Assembly: GCF_000143415.4 (NCBI RefSeq)
Contig: NW_003314285.1
Location: 207,102-271,101 of the forward strand
DNA: 64,000 nucleotides
Direction of reading: 5' to 3'
Source of the DNA: Selaginella moellendorffii
Lineage: Eukaryota; Plantae; Lycopodiophyta
Below the pieces are notes generated by a model. The model did not search any database. It worked only from the letters and a program-made list of their open reading frames with translations, and was not told the origin of the DNA. How positions within the stretch are numbered: the first letter of the stretch is position 1; each line of letters opens with the position of its first letter. Made by a program: the position numbers and the translations under genes. Shown one piece after another: positions 23,111-35,933 of the stretch.

Positions 23111-24623
23111 CCTCAGTTTGGGTAATTAAAACATGCTGATCTCTTCAGTGTGCTTTGGCCTACTTGGACAACAACTTCATCCTGCTACATCTTGCTACTC
23201 ATGAACCTCTTGCTAGTGATAATAGCCATCTCATTTGTCACCGATGTGTCTGATCTCTGCACCACCACCGGATTCTCATTTATGCTCCACTAAAAGATAA
23301 TCTTACTTACTTAGGCCTGCCAGCAGGAGTCACTCAACATCAATGCCTCGAGGAGTCCTCTTGGCGTTCATCATTGCTACCTTGGCCATCAGCAAGAACG
23401 ATCTTGTCAATCCATTTCTCAAATGCTCTCGAGTGTGAAAGAGATCGTCTAAAGTTTCGCTGCTGGATCACGATAGCACACGGGAAGATCTCGCAAGCAA
23501 ACTAAATGTTCTTCTCAAAAGCTATAGAGATCATGCAATTCGAAAATGTTCTCAAATTTTTCACGAAAGAATACTTACAGTTTTGCCGAGCATTCATCAC
23601 GACCTCGCCTGTAACAGAAAATACAAAGGGACGTTATTAGAAATTAAAAAAACACCTGCCCTAGTGTTGCTCTTGGAGTTTCACTGGAGAAATCGCTCCC
23701 ACCAGATCAAATTGTGCATAGCGAGTGCATGCCCCAGTCCACCACCAGGAGAAAGAGCAAGCCATAGCTTGCTTGCTGAGATCACTTCCCCAACACGCGA
23801 AGTTACTAGACCCGCATGCATACTACAGGTGTCATGCCCGTCCTCTCGTGCTGGCCGCTAAAGCATCAAACCCATTTTGACGGTTGTGGGAGGTTGTGCT
23901 CTTCGTTTTTATCATTGCCAAATTGCAACACCATTTCTCTCCCTCTGGCCATAATCTGTTCGATTTGAGACCAGATTACGCGTGTGAGGGAGCTCTTCGA
24001 TGAGCCGCTCGCGGATCCCAGAGGTTGTGAACGCAGCGCGGTGGTCAGCATTTTATTTTTCCCCGCTTTATGGCGTTCCGGGACTTTCCCGAATGCTCGA
24101 AGTGCAATTTTCCTTTTTTCTTTTTGTAGCTTCCGCTTGGTGTGCGTTGTAAGAAGAAGAGAATTGGTCCTGTGACCTGCAATGCTGCCGCTTCGATTGT
24201 CAATTGTCAATTCAAAAGACTTTGCTTTTGTAAGTTGCCTAGCATTAGAGAACACATAATGGTATAAGTAGAGTGGAAATTGGAGGAAATTGGTCTTCAA
24301 ACTCTACAAACTTGGTGGTGGAAGGCTTTGCGGGCAATTACTCGTACTATATAAAACTTTGTACATATATGTTATATTTCTAGATAATATTGGAAAATGT
24401 TGAAATCTTATTAAAACTTTAAAGTGATGAGTTATACTATTTAGTCTTTAGAAATCCAAATAGATATAAATCTCTATTATTTTTATTTTGGTAAATTTAG
24501 TTCCTAAGGGATATTGTATTTTTTCCCCATTATAGTAGTTTCTATTCTAAAATTATATTTTCTTATTAATCTCTTATATTTAATCTTTGCAAAAGATAGA
24601 TTTTAGTTTCTATAAATAATTGA

Positions 24624-25053
24624 TTAGTCCCAATTATCTGTGGCTTTTTCAAAATTGCTATAATAGAATCCATAGCCGAAAATTCTCCATGAAACAATTT
24701 GGTTTGGCCGGGCAGAAATATATGGCCTCCATTCATGCTTCTTCCTGTCTTGCCACTTAAGCTTGCACACTGGAAGGCACTCGTTACCATGAAACGCGTA
24801 CATGCTGCGAGCCTCTTGATCCGTTAAAATAAACTTGACGGTTGTTTCACTCCCGAACTGGCACTCAATGCTCAAATCACCGCCGCAATAGTTTGTAACC
24901 TCAAGTCATGTCGTAGTTCGCAGAGTTGCTGCAAGAAACTTGATTGAATATAGTGGAATTAGTGGTGAAATTAGCAACAACATTAGCAGCAAGGAGTGAA
25001 GAAACTGCGATAATCAGAAATAAAGCAAGAGGATAAAAACTCCCTCGTTTCAT
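24624..25053 (-). pseudogene. Frameshifted secreted S-protein homologue (SPH / self-incompatibility S1-like) gene
   Basis: ATG 25053 gives signal peptide MKRGSFYPLALFLIIAVSSLLAANVVA, stopping at 24901. A second frame from 24905 reads LEVTNYCGGDLSIECQ...CKLKW...WRIFGYGFY...W, which matches the SPH pattern. Confidence 0.55.
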
Positions 25054-25324
25054 TACTAATGGGCATGTTTAGGCAAATATTTTGTCTTAAATGCTTGGCT
25101 TGTTCCTCTCATAAAAGTTCTACGGCTAGATCGGACGGCCGCGAGCCTCCTAGATATATAGATTTCTCTACGTACGGAAGCATATTATTTATACCATTCC
25201 TTTAAAACCTTTTGAGCTATCTTATGTTACATGATCTCTACTCTAAGCCTGTTTTATGCTGTACAAGCTCTGATTGATCGCACTCACAAAATAATCAGCC
25301 TACAAATCTTGTCTCCCAATCTCT

Positions 25325-28300
25325 TCAGCTTTTCTCGCTCTGGCACAGCTCCAGATTCCTCAACACTAGTCGCGCAAACACCCTCGCCTGGAGTGGAGCT
25401 GTTGTGGACGCAGCAGCTCCACGGAGAACTCGCGCCGCGCCGGACCTTTGGAGGAGATTGGCGTGGTGCAAAGCATGCCTTCCACCAGGCATTGTAAACT
25501 GCAACGAAACACCACGTTTCTTTCGAAACCTTTATCTCTTCTATTAAATCTTTCACGTACCTGGAGGAGAGCAAACGCGGCACAGGACCTTAGAACCGAG
25601 GAACCGTTTCGAAGCATGGCCACGAACCTTCCTATCTCGGCGCCACTGTCAATCACACCTCAACTTTAGCAAGAGAGAAGAGAGAGGAAAGAAAACTAAA
25701 GCTCAACCTGCAGCGCAGATGCCCAGCTTCTTGTATGCGGGCGGAGTCGGAGACTTGTTGCAGCGCCGAAGGCCCCCATTGCGAAGCCGGGACTGCCGCA
25801 AGAGACGGTTGATCCGAGAACGCTTGTACAAACGCCTCAATGTTCTTCATGGCCGACTGCCTTGCCACGCCGTTTTTGGTAATGCTATCACAGTAAACAA
25901 CTTCGTTTGTAGTAACCTCATCCATCCTGACAAGCAGGCAAACGAGCACTCAGACAAATGGTCCAGGAATACACGAAAGCTGATCGAGAACACTAAGAAA
26001 AGTTTTGTACCTGCCATCGAACATGTATGCCAGAGCCAGAGCGGCCATGAATCGTGCCATCTTAGAGCGCGAGGACGAGCACAGCCGCACCAGTGCAGAA
26101 ACACCGTCTTCTTCCACTATCCTCAACGCGTTTCCTGGATTGAAAGCAAGATTCCACAAAGCTCCAGCAGCAGTTTCATGAACGTCCTAAAAACACCCAC
26201 AATGTCATGTCACACACAAGAAGAGGCGTTGTGCATACCTCGGCATCCGATCTCGCTAATGCAACAAGAGGAGCAACGCCTCCTTCACGGCCAATAGCAA
26301 TGCTGTACATACGTCACAAGAATCAGTCCTAGTTTACCAAGGGTGACACACAATACCTGTTTTCCTCCGATACAGACAACCCCCAGAGAGCACCCGCTGC
26401 TCTTTCTTGCAATCCTTGAGATCCATTGCTGCATCCTTGTGCCAAAGCAACCTTCACAAGCAGTTCACAGTGAGGACCATAGACAAGAGAACGAAGTAAG
26501 GTGAAACTTACCAATGCCTCAACACCACCAGCTGCAGCAATTGCCTCCCGATTTCTGTCGTCAAATGACAAGTTCCACAGGGCGCCAGCAGCTTCTTGCC
26601 TAGAAGAAACACAAACTAAATCCATGATAGACTTGAAACGAAACGACCTCACCGGACCCCTTCGTGGTTGGAACATGTTAACTTTACCAGCGCCTCTAAC
26701 GCACCCGCCTCCCGCCCTACTGCAGCATTATTCCCATTGCTATCACCGTGAGCTGCTAGATTTGCAAGCGCTCGGGCAGCCTGCAAAGAATTAGGGAGTT
26801 ATGATCAGCATACAAATGTAAGAAAATTCTACCTGCTCTTGGACACCTTCATGCTTGCAAAAGCGAGCCAAATTGACGAGAGCGTTCACACCCCCAGCAT
26901 TTGCAACCTTCATGCTGCATTTATCGTCGGCAGCTAGATTGGCAAGAGCGCCGGCTGCTCGCTCCTGAACATTAAGATGTCGAGCTCAAGATAAGATCGG
27001 AACGAGAAGCACGTCTCCGTACCAAAACTCCTTCGCCACCGGCGGGCCACTTCAAGGCCAAGTCGACGAGAGCCTCAATCGCACCAGCGTCAGCGATAGC
27101 ACCCTGAAAAGCTCGACCATAGTCATACTGGAAGTATCAGAAAAAAACAAACCTTGTGCTCTTCGCCAACTGAAAGGTTCCAGAGTCCTCCAGCTGCCTC
27201 TTCTGCAACCCAACGATTGGGAGATCTGGCCAAGCCTGCAAGGATGTTGATTCCACCCTCGGTTGCCACGGCCTTGGCAACTTCGGCATTTACGGACAAG
27301 TTTGCAATTGCCTATAAGCGAGAAGAGTAAACGGAAGCTCAAAAGAATCCAACTCAAGAGAAACTCACCTTCGCTGCTTCGGACTGCACCCCTTCCCGAG
27401 AAGACCTGGCAAGGTCCAGAAGAGAGCGAATTCCTCCACCGTGCATAACAGCCTCCGCCCTCGAAGAATCAACAGTAGCATTCTCATCGTCAACCACTAC
27501 GAAAGTCGCTAAAGCTGTGGCCGCTCTCTCCTGCACGTCTTCTTGCATGCTCTTGATCAGCCTTAGCATTACCGAAGTCCCCTGCTTCAGCCAGAAAGCG
27601 TCGAGCCCCTGAGTGTTATTCTCTGCTATCCTCAGCAGTGCGTGGGAGAGCACCCATTCCGTCCAGCAAACAAGCACCCTGCTCTCGTCCTGCTGCTCTA
27701 AGCTCGAAATGCATGCCAGCCCGTTCATCAACTCTGTGAACCGAGCCAGCAAAACCCTGTCCTTACTAACGTAGCTCACAGAGTTGCTTCCATCTTCCAG
27801 GGCCGAGCAGCTGAGCGCACAAAGAACCCTTAAACGAGGAGCAGAAAGAAAAGACATGACAGCCGCGGGTGTTACCTCAGTCCTGGACACATCAAGTGCT
27901 ACCAAGTTCTCCAGCTTACTCCATGCTTGCATGGCCTGTGTCCACATTATGTTCCTGGACCCGGCCACCGACAAGTACCTCAGAGACTTTGCCTCGCCGA
28001 GCGCAGCCTCGTCCACCACCGCGCAGTCGAGCAAAGCCAGCTCCGTCAAGCTCGGGCAGTGCTTCACCAAGTCCCCGATAGCTTCACTGTCCACGTCCCG
28101 GATCCCCGCCAGCCGCAGGCACTTGAGTCTCCGGCAGCACACGGCTACCACCTTGATCGCCTCGTTCGTGATCTTCTCCAGCTCCGGCCCAAGCTGGAGG
28201 CTTTCCAGATTCTCATGGCGGGCGACGAGCATCGACAGCGTCGCGTCGGTGAGATCCTTGCACCCGTCACCTATGAGCCCCTTGAGCTGCCTCGCTTGCA

Positions 28301-28703
28301 AGTCGATGATCAAGCTAGCACCTGAGGCCCCACGGAACTTTAGCTTGGAGAGCTTCGCGCATCTGGAAGCAAGCGACGACGCCATGTTGGAATCGAGAGT
28401 GTGAGCTCGCAAATCCAGGCTGGTCCACAGTGACGGCGAGGAGGAGAGCGCGTGCCATGCCCGGCACACGGATCCAACGCTGGCCCGGTCGCGGTAATTG
28501 AGCAGCGAAAACAATCCCAGCAGCGTATCGTCGGCCAGGCGCGTCCAATCCACGCCGCTCTCCCTCTCACACCGGACTAGTACCTGGCCGTCGTGCTTGG
28601 GGATTCTCGACTCCTCCTCCTCGGCGATTCCATCGCCATTCTCCGCTCCCGCGGAGCTCTTAGTCGCGAGAGTGTGGACGCATTTCCGGCGAACGCGACG
28701 CAT
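25325..28703 (-). CDS. ARABIDILLO-like F-box/LRR/ARM-repeat protein, multi-exon
   Basis: MRRVRRKC NLS; F-box DWTRLADDTLLGLFSLLNYRDRASVGSVCRAW; LRRs; ARM repeats QEDVQERAATALATF, QEAAGALWNLSFDDRNREAIAAAGGVEALV, ARFMAALALAYMFDG. Ends LVLRNLELCQSEKS*. Confidence 0.95.
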
Positions 28704-29184
28704 TGCTTCGTTCACTCATGCCCTAACCACCTGGGAGGCGGAGCTCTCGCCATTGCACGCTCGCGGCTAGCCCTCCCTTCCTCTCCCTCTCCCCACGACC
28801 TAGGAGGCGCTACCACGAAACCCTGTGCTCTCCTCTCTCGTTCACTCTAAGTACTCGTTGCCCTAATATTCCCCTTGAAAACAAAATAAGCTTTACTTAA
28901 TTAAGGGGCTAAAGCGATAGCTTTAGTTAATAACATTTTAATAGCTTTAAAAGGGACCAGTGTTTTCCCCATGTACAAAACTTACTTGATTTTTTCCTTG
29001 AAGTTTGGTGAGAGTCCAAAACTTACCAGCGCGTTCCTTTACGTGCTCACGTCAAGCACGTATTTACATAACGTTTTTATCCTCAGCAGCAGCCAAAATT
29101 CCAGTGCCCGCGCGAACAAAGACAGTAAAACAAAAGATAAAAGTTAGTAACCCTCCCGCAAGGAAATCGAATAGCAAGGGATGC

Positions 29185-30132
29185 TTACCGGATGATTCCC
29201 GGCCTCTTTCCTAGGCGTTGCAAGGTCGTCCCGAGATGATCTCCACAGCGACTAGCAGTGCGCTGGATGATCGCCATGATCTTAGTGTGGGCGATCTTCG
29301 CCTTGGTCTTACTCCTGCTGCAATGTCTCACGATCCAGGGATGCGCGAGCACGCGATCCAGCGTCGTCCTCTTTCTCGGCTCCACCGCCAGCATCCCCCG
29401 GAGGAGATCCGCCGCTCCATCCGAGAACAAACCATCCGGGAATCGCCCAGCTCGCAGCAAATCCATCACTCTCCACTCCGTGCAGCCTCTCAGCAGCTCG
29501 TAGGCGATGAGTCCCAAACCCCACACGTCCACCGCCTCGGTGTAGCTCGATTTCCCAAACTTGATCGCGATCACCTCGGGCGCCAGGTACTTTCCAGTCC
29601 CGCAGCACTGCGCCATCTCCCTCGGATCGTCCGTGGCCATGCCAAAGTCTCCAATCACAACATCGTCAGCCGCGGCGGCGTCCAGCTTGAGAAACACATT
29701 CTCCGGCTTGAGATCCCGGTGAACGATTCCCCTGGAGTGGATCTCCTTGATCGTCTCCGCCAGCTTCTTGATCGTCCTCGCCGCATCCTCCTCGCACATC
29801 GGCCCGGCCTTGAGCAGTCGATCGAAAAGGCTAGGGCCGCAAAGCTCCATCACGATGCTCCCGTAGCACTGCGCGCCATCTCTCTCCTTGACAAAGCCCT
29901 CGAGGTGGGCGACTCCGGGGCAAGCGTGAAGCATGTCCATGATGCTAGCTTCTCTCCTGGCCTCGCTACTCGATCGAAACATTTTCCCCGCATACCTCTT
30001 GTGACCAAACCCGCGATGGGTGAGCGCAAAGACCTGGCCTTGCCCACCACAGCCCAACCTCTTTCCCCTCTTGTATAGCTTCAAGAGCTCACCACAGTCT
30101 TCGTCGCGAAACTCCACGTCTTGAGTCACCAT
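29185..30132 (-). CDS. Intronless minimal Ser/Thr kinase of the CAMK/CDPK group (PPCK-like)
   Basis: LGCGGQGQV, YAGK, REASIM, IVMELC, HRDLKPEN, GDFG, CGTGKYLAPE, DVWGLG, LAHPWI. No EF-hands. First ATG at 30132. Confidence 0.85.
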   Translation of the reverse strand: MVTQDVEFRDEDCGELLKLYKRGKRLGCGGQGQVFALTHRGFGHKRYAGKMFRSSSEARREASIMDMLHACPGVAHLEGFVKERDGAQCYGSIVMELCGPSLFDRLLKAGPMCEEDAARTIKKLAETIKEIHSRGIVHRDLKPENVFLKLDAAAADDVVIGDFGMATDDPREMAQCCGTGKYLAPEVIAIKFGKSSYTEAVDVWGLGLIAYELLRGCTEWRVMDLLRAGRFPDGLFSDGAADLLRGMLAVEPRKRTTLDRVLAHPWIVRHCSRSKTKAKIAHTKIMAIIQRTASRCGDHLGTTLQRLGKRPGIIR

Positions 30133-30607
30133 CGCTGCTCTCTCGCCAAGCTTCTCCAAGTCCGAATAGAAAACCTAGCTTCTTCACAACGGGTATATTT
30201 CAACGGCCCCGATGGTGTTTGGCCGACGGTGGAGATGCGCTTTGCTATTCTGGAGACACAATCGTGATATGATAGTACGGAATATGATTATTTCTGATAC
30301 AGTTAAAGATTATGCCTGAGATATTCTAGTACGGCCAGCTAAATCCAGGTAAAGCAAAGTATATGCCCATGTGTCCTTGCTAAAGTGCGTGTGTAAAGAC
30401 GGGCCACTGTTGCCAGCCAACCATATCGCATAGAAATGCTTGGCCTACATTGTAACCACGGGGATTTTGGAAAGCCCTAGTTAGCCCACGCTCTGGCCTT
30501 TTCTGTTATGTTAATTTTTGTAAAGGTCAGGCGTTAGCAAAGTCCTTGGGGGATTCCGCCCACTGTGTCGCGCGACGAGAGAGAGAGAGAAAGGGAGAGC
30601 GCTGGCT

Positions 30608-32618
30608 ATGGCGGTACTGGCGTTGCGATCCACGGCATTTGCAGGGAGCGCCGGGATTCACCGCCGATCGTGGCGTCCAGCGACGGCGGAGGCGAGATTG
30701 GGATTTGGAATCGCCAAGCCCGGCGATGGAGCAGTCGCAGGTTCGTCCTTCTTGTTTCTGTGAGTTCTTCGCTGGATTCCTGGTGAATGCGGGGCGTCGC
30801 ATTCGATATTTCGCTCTTTCTCACTGTGGATCTGTCTGTTTTTCTCAGGGATGAAGGCTGGATCTGTCTCTCTCGTGAACACGCCGACGCATCAATCACA
30901 TTTTCCTTCTTTGACAGCACACAGGTAAGCTAAGCATTCTAGAATTTCTCTCGATCGTTGCTTTGGTTTAAACTGGTGCTATATAGAAGAGAAAGGCCCG
31001 TGGAATGCCATGCAGCAGCCAGTGCTGGAGAAATTCCCGAGAAGGAATTGTCTACGTTTGAAAGAGTTGTGGAACTCTTGACAACCATGTTTCCAGTCTG
31101 GGTACGCCTTGCATCAAACCTTGTTCTTCTCTGATTTGTTTCTGTACAGGTTATACTGGGAACTGTTATTGGCATTGTAAAACCAACTGCGGTAAGCTTG
31201 CGAATGGCTTGGATTTCTCGTGCTTGACAATCTTTTGTGTTATAACCAGGTAACCTGGCTACAGACCGACTTGTTCACTGTAGGCTTGGGATTTCTCATG
31301 CTCTCTATGGGATTAACTCTTACGTTTGAAGACTTTCGCCGATGCCTGAGAAATCCCTGGACGGTATGATGCAAAACTTTGTGCTGCAGTTTGATATCCC
31401 TCGCGTTTTTTTGTTTCTACGCAGGTTGGTGTTGGTTTCTTGGCTCAATATGCCATTAAGCCTATACTGGGATTTCTGATCGCATTGGTAATGAAGCTAT
31501 TTAAGTTTTACTGGGACACATCTTTGAGTATCTCTTCGATTATAACAGAGCTTAAAATTATCCGCACCACTGGCAACAGGTCTCATTCTCGTTTCTTGTT
31601 GTCCAGGAGGCCAAGCTTCAAACGTGGCAACGTATATTTCTAAGGGCAACGTCGCTCTGTCGGTGTTGATGACAACGTAATGTATATCCTTCTCATTTTT
31701 GGCAAAGAGGCTTGAAGACTTTATCTATCGTTGCAGATGCTCTACTATTGGCGCGATTTTAATGACTCCATTGCTGACAAAAGTGCTTGCGGGTCAGCTT
31801 GTCCCAGTGGACGCGGTGGTGAGTCTCTTTCGAAATCATCGAGTGTCGATTTGATGGCATTGAGAATTCACACAGGGGCTGGCAGTGAGCACATTTCAGG
31901 TGGTCCTTGTCCCCACAATTATTGGAGGTAAGCGCTTCAGCTTGTTGTTCGAAAGCCTCTCATCAATTCTGTTGCTATTTATACAGTTCTTTCGAACGAG
32001 TACTTTCCAAAGTTCACGCAAAAGATTGTCACGGTGACACCTCTCGTGGGGGTTATTCTAACAACACTTCTCTGCGCTAGTCCCGTGAGTCTTATAGAAC
32101 TTAATTCTTTCTTTTTCCTAGATGTAAAGGCTGGAATGCTTTCAGATTGGTCAAGTGTCCGAGGTCCTTGTCACCCAAGGCACGCAGCTCATATTTCCGG
32201 TGGCACTCCTCCACGCCGCCGCGTTTCTGCTGGGCTACTGGCTTTCGAAGCTCTGCAACTTTGGCGAGATGACCGCCCGGACAATTTCCATTGAGTGTGG
32301 AATGCAGGTACGTAGTTTCCACTGCATCCAAAAGTTTGTACATAGCTCATCCAGCTTTGCCTTTCCAGAGCTCCGCTCTCGGCTTCCTTCTCGCGCAGAA
32401 GCACTTCAGTAATCCTCTAGTCGCTGTGCCATCGGCCGTGAGCGTCGTCTGTATGGCTGTAAGTCACAGAAAAAACCGGAGTTCCTTTGGAGCTGACACG
32501 AACTAACGGTTTTCTCGTTTGGAAATTTCCTTTCTCGCAGTTGGGAGGAAGCGGTCTGGCAGTTTTTTGGAGAAATCGTGCTCTTCCCAAAGACGACAAG
32601 GACGATTTCAAGGAATAA
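30608..32618 (+). CDS. BASS2: Plastid sodium/pyruvate cotransporter BASS2, multi-exon
   Basis: Transit-peptide-like N-terminus, [68 protein letters not shown]. Ends [11 protein letters not shown]. Confidence 0.93.
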
Positions 32619-33343
32619 GGAAGAACTACACCGAATTTCACGAACAAGTTTTGGTTACTACTGCTCAAACGATCGTGAGTGTATTGTTTTTAGCAACTTT
32701 CTTTGGATGTCTTATTATTAGCATATTCTCGGGCATCGATATGGGTGGGGCATTTTTCTCAATGTCAGCTTTGTATTGTTGCGATCATCGCCGTCGTTGA
32801 GCGTTTCAAACGTTTATCACGAGCGCACCAACGCATTATTCCCACCCGTATATCCTAACAGCTGCCACGTCACCTCTGTGGCTAATCCACGTCATCGGCA
32901 TGCACACTCGTGGCGCGATCGGCGCCGTCGGTTTGTCCACCGCCAGTGCCAGATACAAGCCCTAACCCTAAGCTGGCAATGCCATTTCGCCATAGCCAAG
33001 GGGAAGCCCTAGAGCAGGAGCGTTCTTGACTAGGGATTACTGTGCGTCTAGCGCGAGGGATTGCGATTGCCGATGCCGATGCTCATGGCGCTGTCGACTG
33101 CTGGTGATTTCGCCTTCGCGCCGCGGCGAGTGTGGTGAATTTCGCGAAGAAATTTCGGCGCTTTTCTGCGATTTGCTTCTTCGAGGCGCTTGGACAACTC
33201 CGGCTCTCTCCAGGTGTGTTTTCCCTGTCTTGGACGCCGGCAGGGCGTGTTCTTGACAAAGGTTTCGATGAACTCCAAGATTCTAGCTCTAGCGCTCACA
33301 CAAGCTCCGCTCTTTGTGAACAGGGAAATTTCGGCAGCCTCGC

Positions 33344-34309
33344 ATGGTTAAGGTCACAATGTCCGGGGAAGATCGCTTCGAAGTCGGGTACGCGCTGGCC
33401 CAGAAGAAACAAAAGAGCTTCGTGCAGCCGTCGCTGGTGGAGCATGCACGGAGCCGCGGGATCGATATGGTGTGCATTGATCTCGACAAGCCACTGGTGG
33501 AGCAGGGCCCCTTCGACGCCATCCTCCACAAGCTCTCGGGCAAAGAGTGGCACAAGGAGCTGGAGGAATACGAGAAGAAGCACCCGGATGTGATCATCAT
33601 CGACTCGCCGGACGCGATCGAGCGGCTCCACAACCGCATCTCGATGCTCCAGGCGGTGTCGGACCTCCAGGTGGGCGACGAGCAGGAGACCTTTGGGATC
33701 CCCAAGCAGTCGGTGATGGACAGGGCGGATTGCCTGGGCGATCTCAAGGCGATGAGCGGCCTCAAGTTCCCGGTGATCGCCAAGCCGCTGGTGGCCGACG
33801 GCAGCGCAAAGTCCCACGCCATGTCTCTCATCTTCAACCAAGAGGGTCTCACCAAGCTCAAGCCGCCGGTTGTCCTCCAGGAATTCGTCAACCATGGTGG
33901 CGTCATCTTCAAGGTGTACGTGGTGGGCGACTACGTCAAGTGTGTCAAGCGGAGGTCCCTCCCGGACGTGCCCGAGGACGAGCTCAACCGGTCGGAGGCG
34001 CTGTGCTTCTCGCAGATCTCCAACATGGGATCAACCCAGCAGTGCGGGGCGTCGGACTACCTCCAGGCGGAGCTCCCGCCGACCAAGTTCGTGGCAGAGC
34101 TGGCCAAAGGATTGAGGGAGAACTTGGGGCTCCGGCTCTTCAACTTCGATCTCATCCGGGACTCCAAGGCCGGGAACCACTACCACGTCATCGACATCAA
34201 CTATTTCCCCGGCTACGCCAAGATGCCCGCGTACGAGACGGTGTTGACGGACTTCTTCCTCAGCCTGGCCAAGCTCAAGGCCTCGTCCAACACTCCGGTT
34301 GCCAATTAG
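33344..34309 (+). CDS. Inositol-tetrakisphosphate 1-kinase (ITPK, ATP-grasp fold), intronless CDS
   Basis: [76 protein letters not shown]. Likely 5'UTR intron at about 33213-33323. Confidence 0.95.
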   Translation: MVKVTMSGEDRFEVGYALAQKKQKSFVQPSLVEHARSRGIDMVCIDLDKPLVEQGPFDAILHKLSGKEWHKELEEYEKKHPDVIIIDSPDAIERLHNRISMLQAVSDLQVGDEQETFGIPKQSVMDRADCLGDLKAMSGLKFPVIAKPLVADGSAKSHAMSLIFNQEGLTKLKPPVVLQEFVNHGGVIFKVYVVGDYVKCVKRRSLPDVPEDELNRSEALCFSQISNMGSTQQCGASDYLQAELPPTKFVAELAKGLRENLGLRLFNFDLIRDSKAGNHYHVIDINYFPGYAKMPAYETVLTDFFLSLAKLKASSNTPVAN

Positions 34310-35067
34310 CAGCAGCGGCAAGGTCGCTCGCTCGCTCGCCCAGCAGCAACACGCAACCGTTCTACTCTTCTCTCTCGAAGTGCTCAAGCTAGAGCCCGTA
34401 CGACTCAACTCTTTGGAAGGAGCCCAAAAGGATCATTCCAGCAGGCGACCCGGACGAAGAATAAGGCACAGGACTTGGGTGGAGGATGATGCTAATGATT
34501 TTGGGTGGAGGCTCGGCATCGAAAAAAGACGATGGAAGAGCCTTTTGGCGGAAAAAAAGTTTGGGGGTGGTCGCCTCGCATCGTCGCGAAGAACACACAA
34601 GGAAAAAAGACGCACAAAACAAAAAGAGGAGGAAAAATCGTCCAAGACAAACACAGCCAGCAATTTTGTGGAGCACTGGCATTTGGGTTTCTTCATCTTT
34701 TCGAGGTTTCTTTCTAGTCTCTGTAATTTTCTTTGTGCCACCCTTTAATAAAGTGTAAAAAGAGTGTTCCCCCCCTTGGTTTTGAAAATTAGGGTTCTTG
34801 GTTGTTTCTTAGGGTTTAAGCGCTTCGTCGAGAATGCTGGATGATCCACGCCCGGATCGCCGATTAGGAGGCGCGCACGGGATTCTTAGCGATGGCACCA
34901 GGTCTGGGATTGAGATTCTTGTCACAAACGCTTATAATGAATGTTTTGGTTTTTCTTGTACTGGTACATGTCAAAAGAAGAAACAACAGTGAGATCGAGG
35001 AGAGATTAGCAAGCAGGAGAGGGGCGATCGCTCGGTCGGTCATTCCTTCCGCGCATTCTTCTTTCTT

Positions 35068-35902
35068 TCACGAGGTGAGTTGCTTGGAACCAGCGTTTCC
35101 GAGCAACGCCTCTGCATGAACTGCGCGGGGGCTACTGGCATTGCTGCTGCTGTCGGAGAACGATCCAAAGGGAGTCTTGGTGAGCACCGCGGTTGGAGAT
35201 GGCATCCGGGACGTCTCCCTGGAGCTGCTCTCCCAGCCATCGCCAAGTAAGTTAAGTCCAGGTGAGCTCTTGCAGTGATCGCGAGGTGTGCTGGATTGGA
35301 GAACCTCGGCTAGTGGACCACCTTCTAAAGATTGCATCCAGGTTTGCTGCTGCTGCTGCTGCTGCTGCCGGCTTCCACCGCCGAGGCCAACACCGAGTCC
35401 CATTCTCGTTGGATCGCCACCGAGCTGGTCTTCCTCGAACTCGCTCCTGGACATGGAGAGCTTGAGCGGGGAGAGCGATAACTTTCCTCGTGGAGAGGTG
35501 GCGACGCGGAAGTCCGACGATGACATTGGTAAGGAGATTGAGAGCTGTGTTGCGGATGTTGTTCTTGGGATTGTTGTGGTTCCTCCTGCTCCTGGTGCTG
35601 TTACTGCCGTGGGTGGTGTTGCTGCTCGCTGTTGGTTTTGGTGTTGGTGCTGTTTCTGATCGTCTTCTATGTCATTCCAGGAGATTGTGGAGGGGTCCCT
35701 CTGACGGGGCCAGTCGTCAAAGAAGTGGCGGAGTGGCTGTTCTTCGCAGTCCCTCCCAACATGCTCCAGTCCTGCTGCTGCTGCTGCTGCTGTAGGTCCT
35801 CCCCCGTACCCAGGGCCTAGTAAAGGTTGTGAGAGGTGGTTAATCTGGCTTGCTTCAGGCATTTCAAAATGCTGCTGGCCTGACAGTGATCTAAGTTCCT
35901 GC

Positions 35903-35933
<31 letters not shown>

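Noticed and set aside
29218-30078. 286-aa plus-strand ORF, and similar long ORFs at 33547-34392, 58273-59193, 20689-21345 and 27784-28404
   Set aside because: Antisense or alternate-frame shadows of GC-rich coding exons, with no recognisable motifs.
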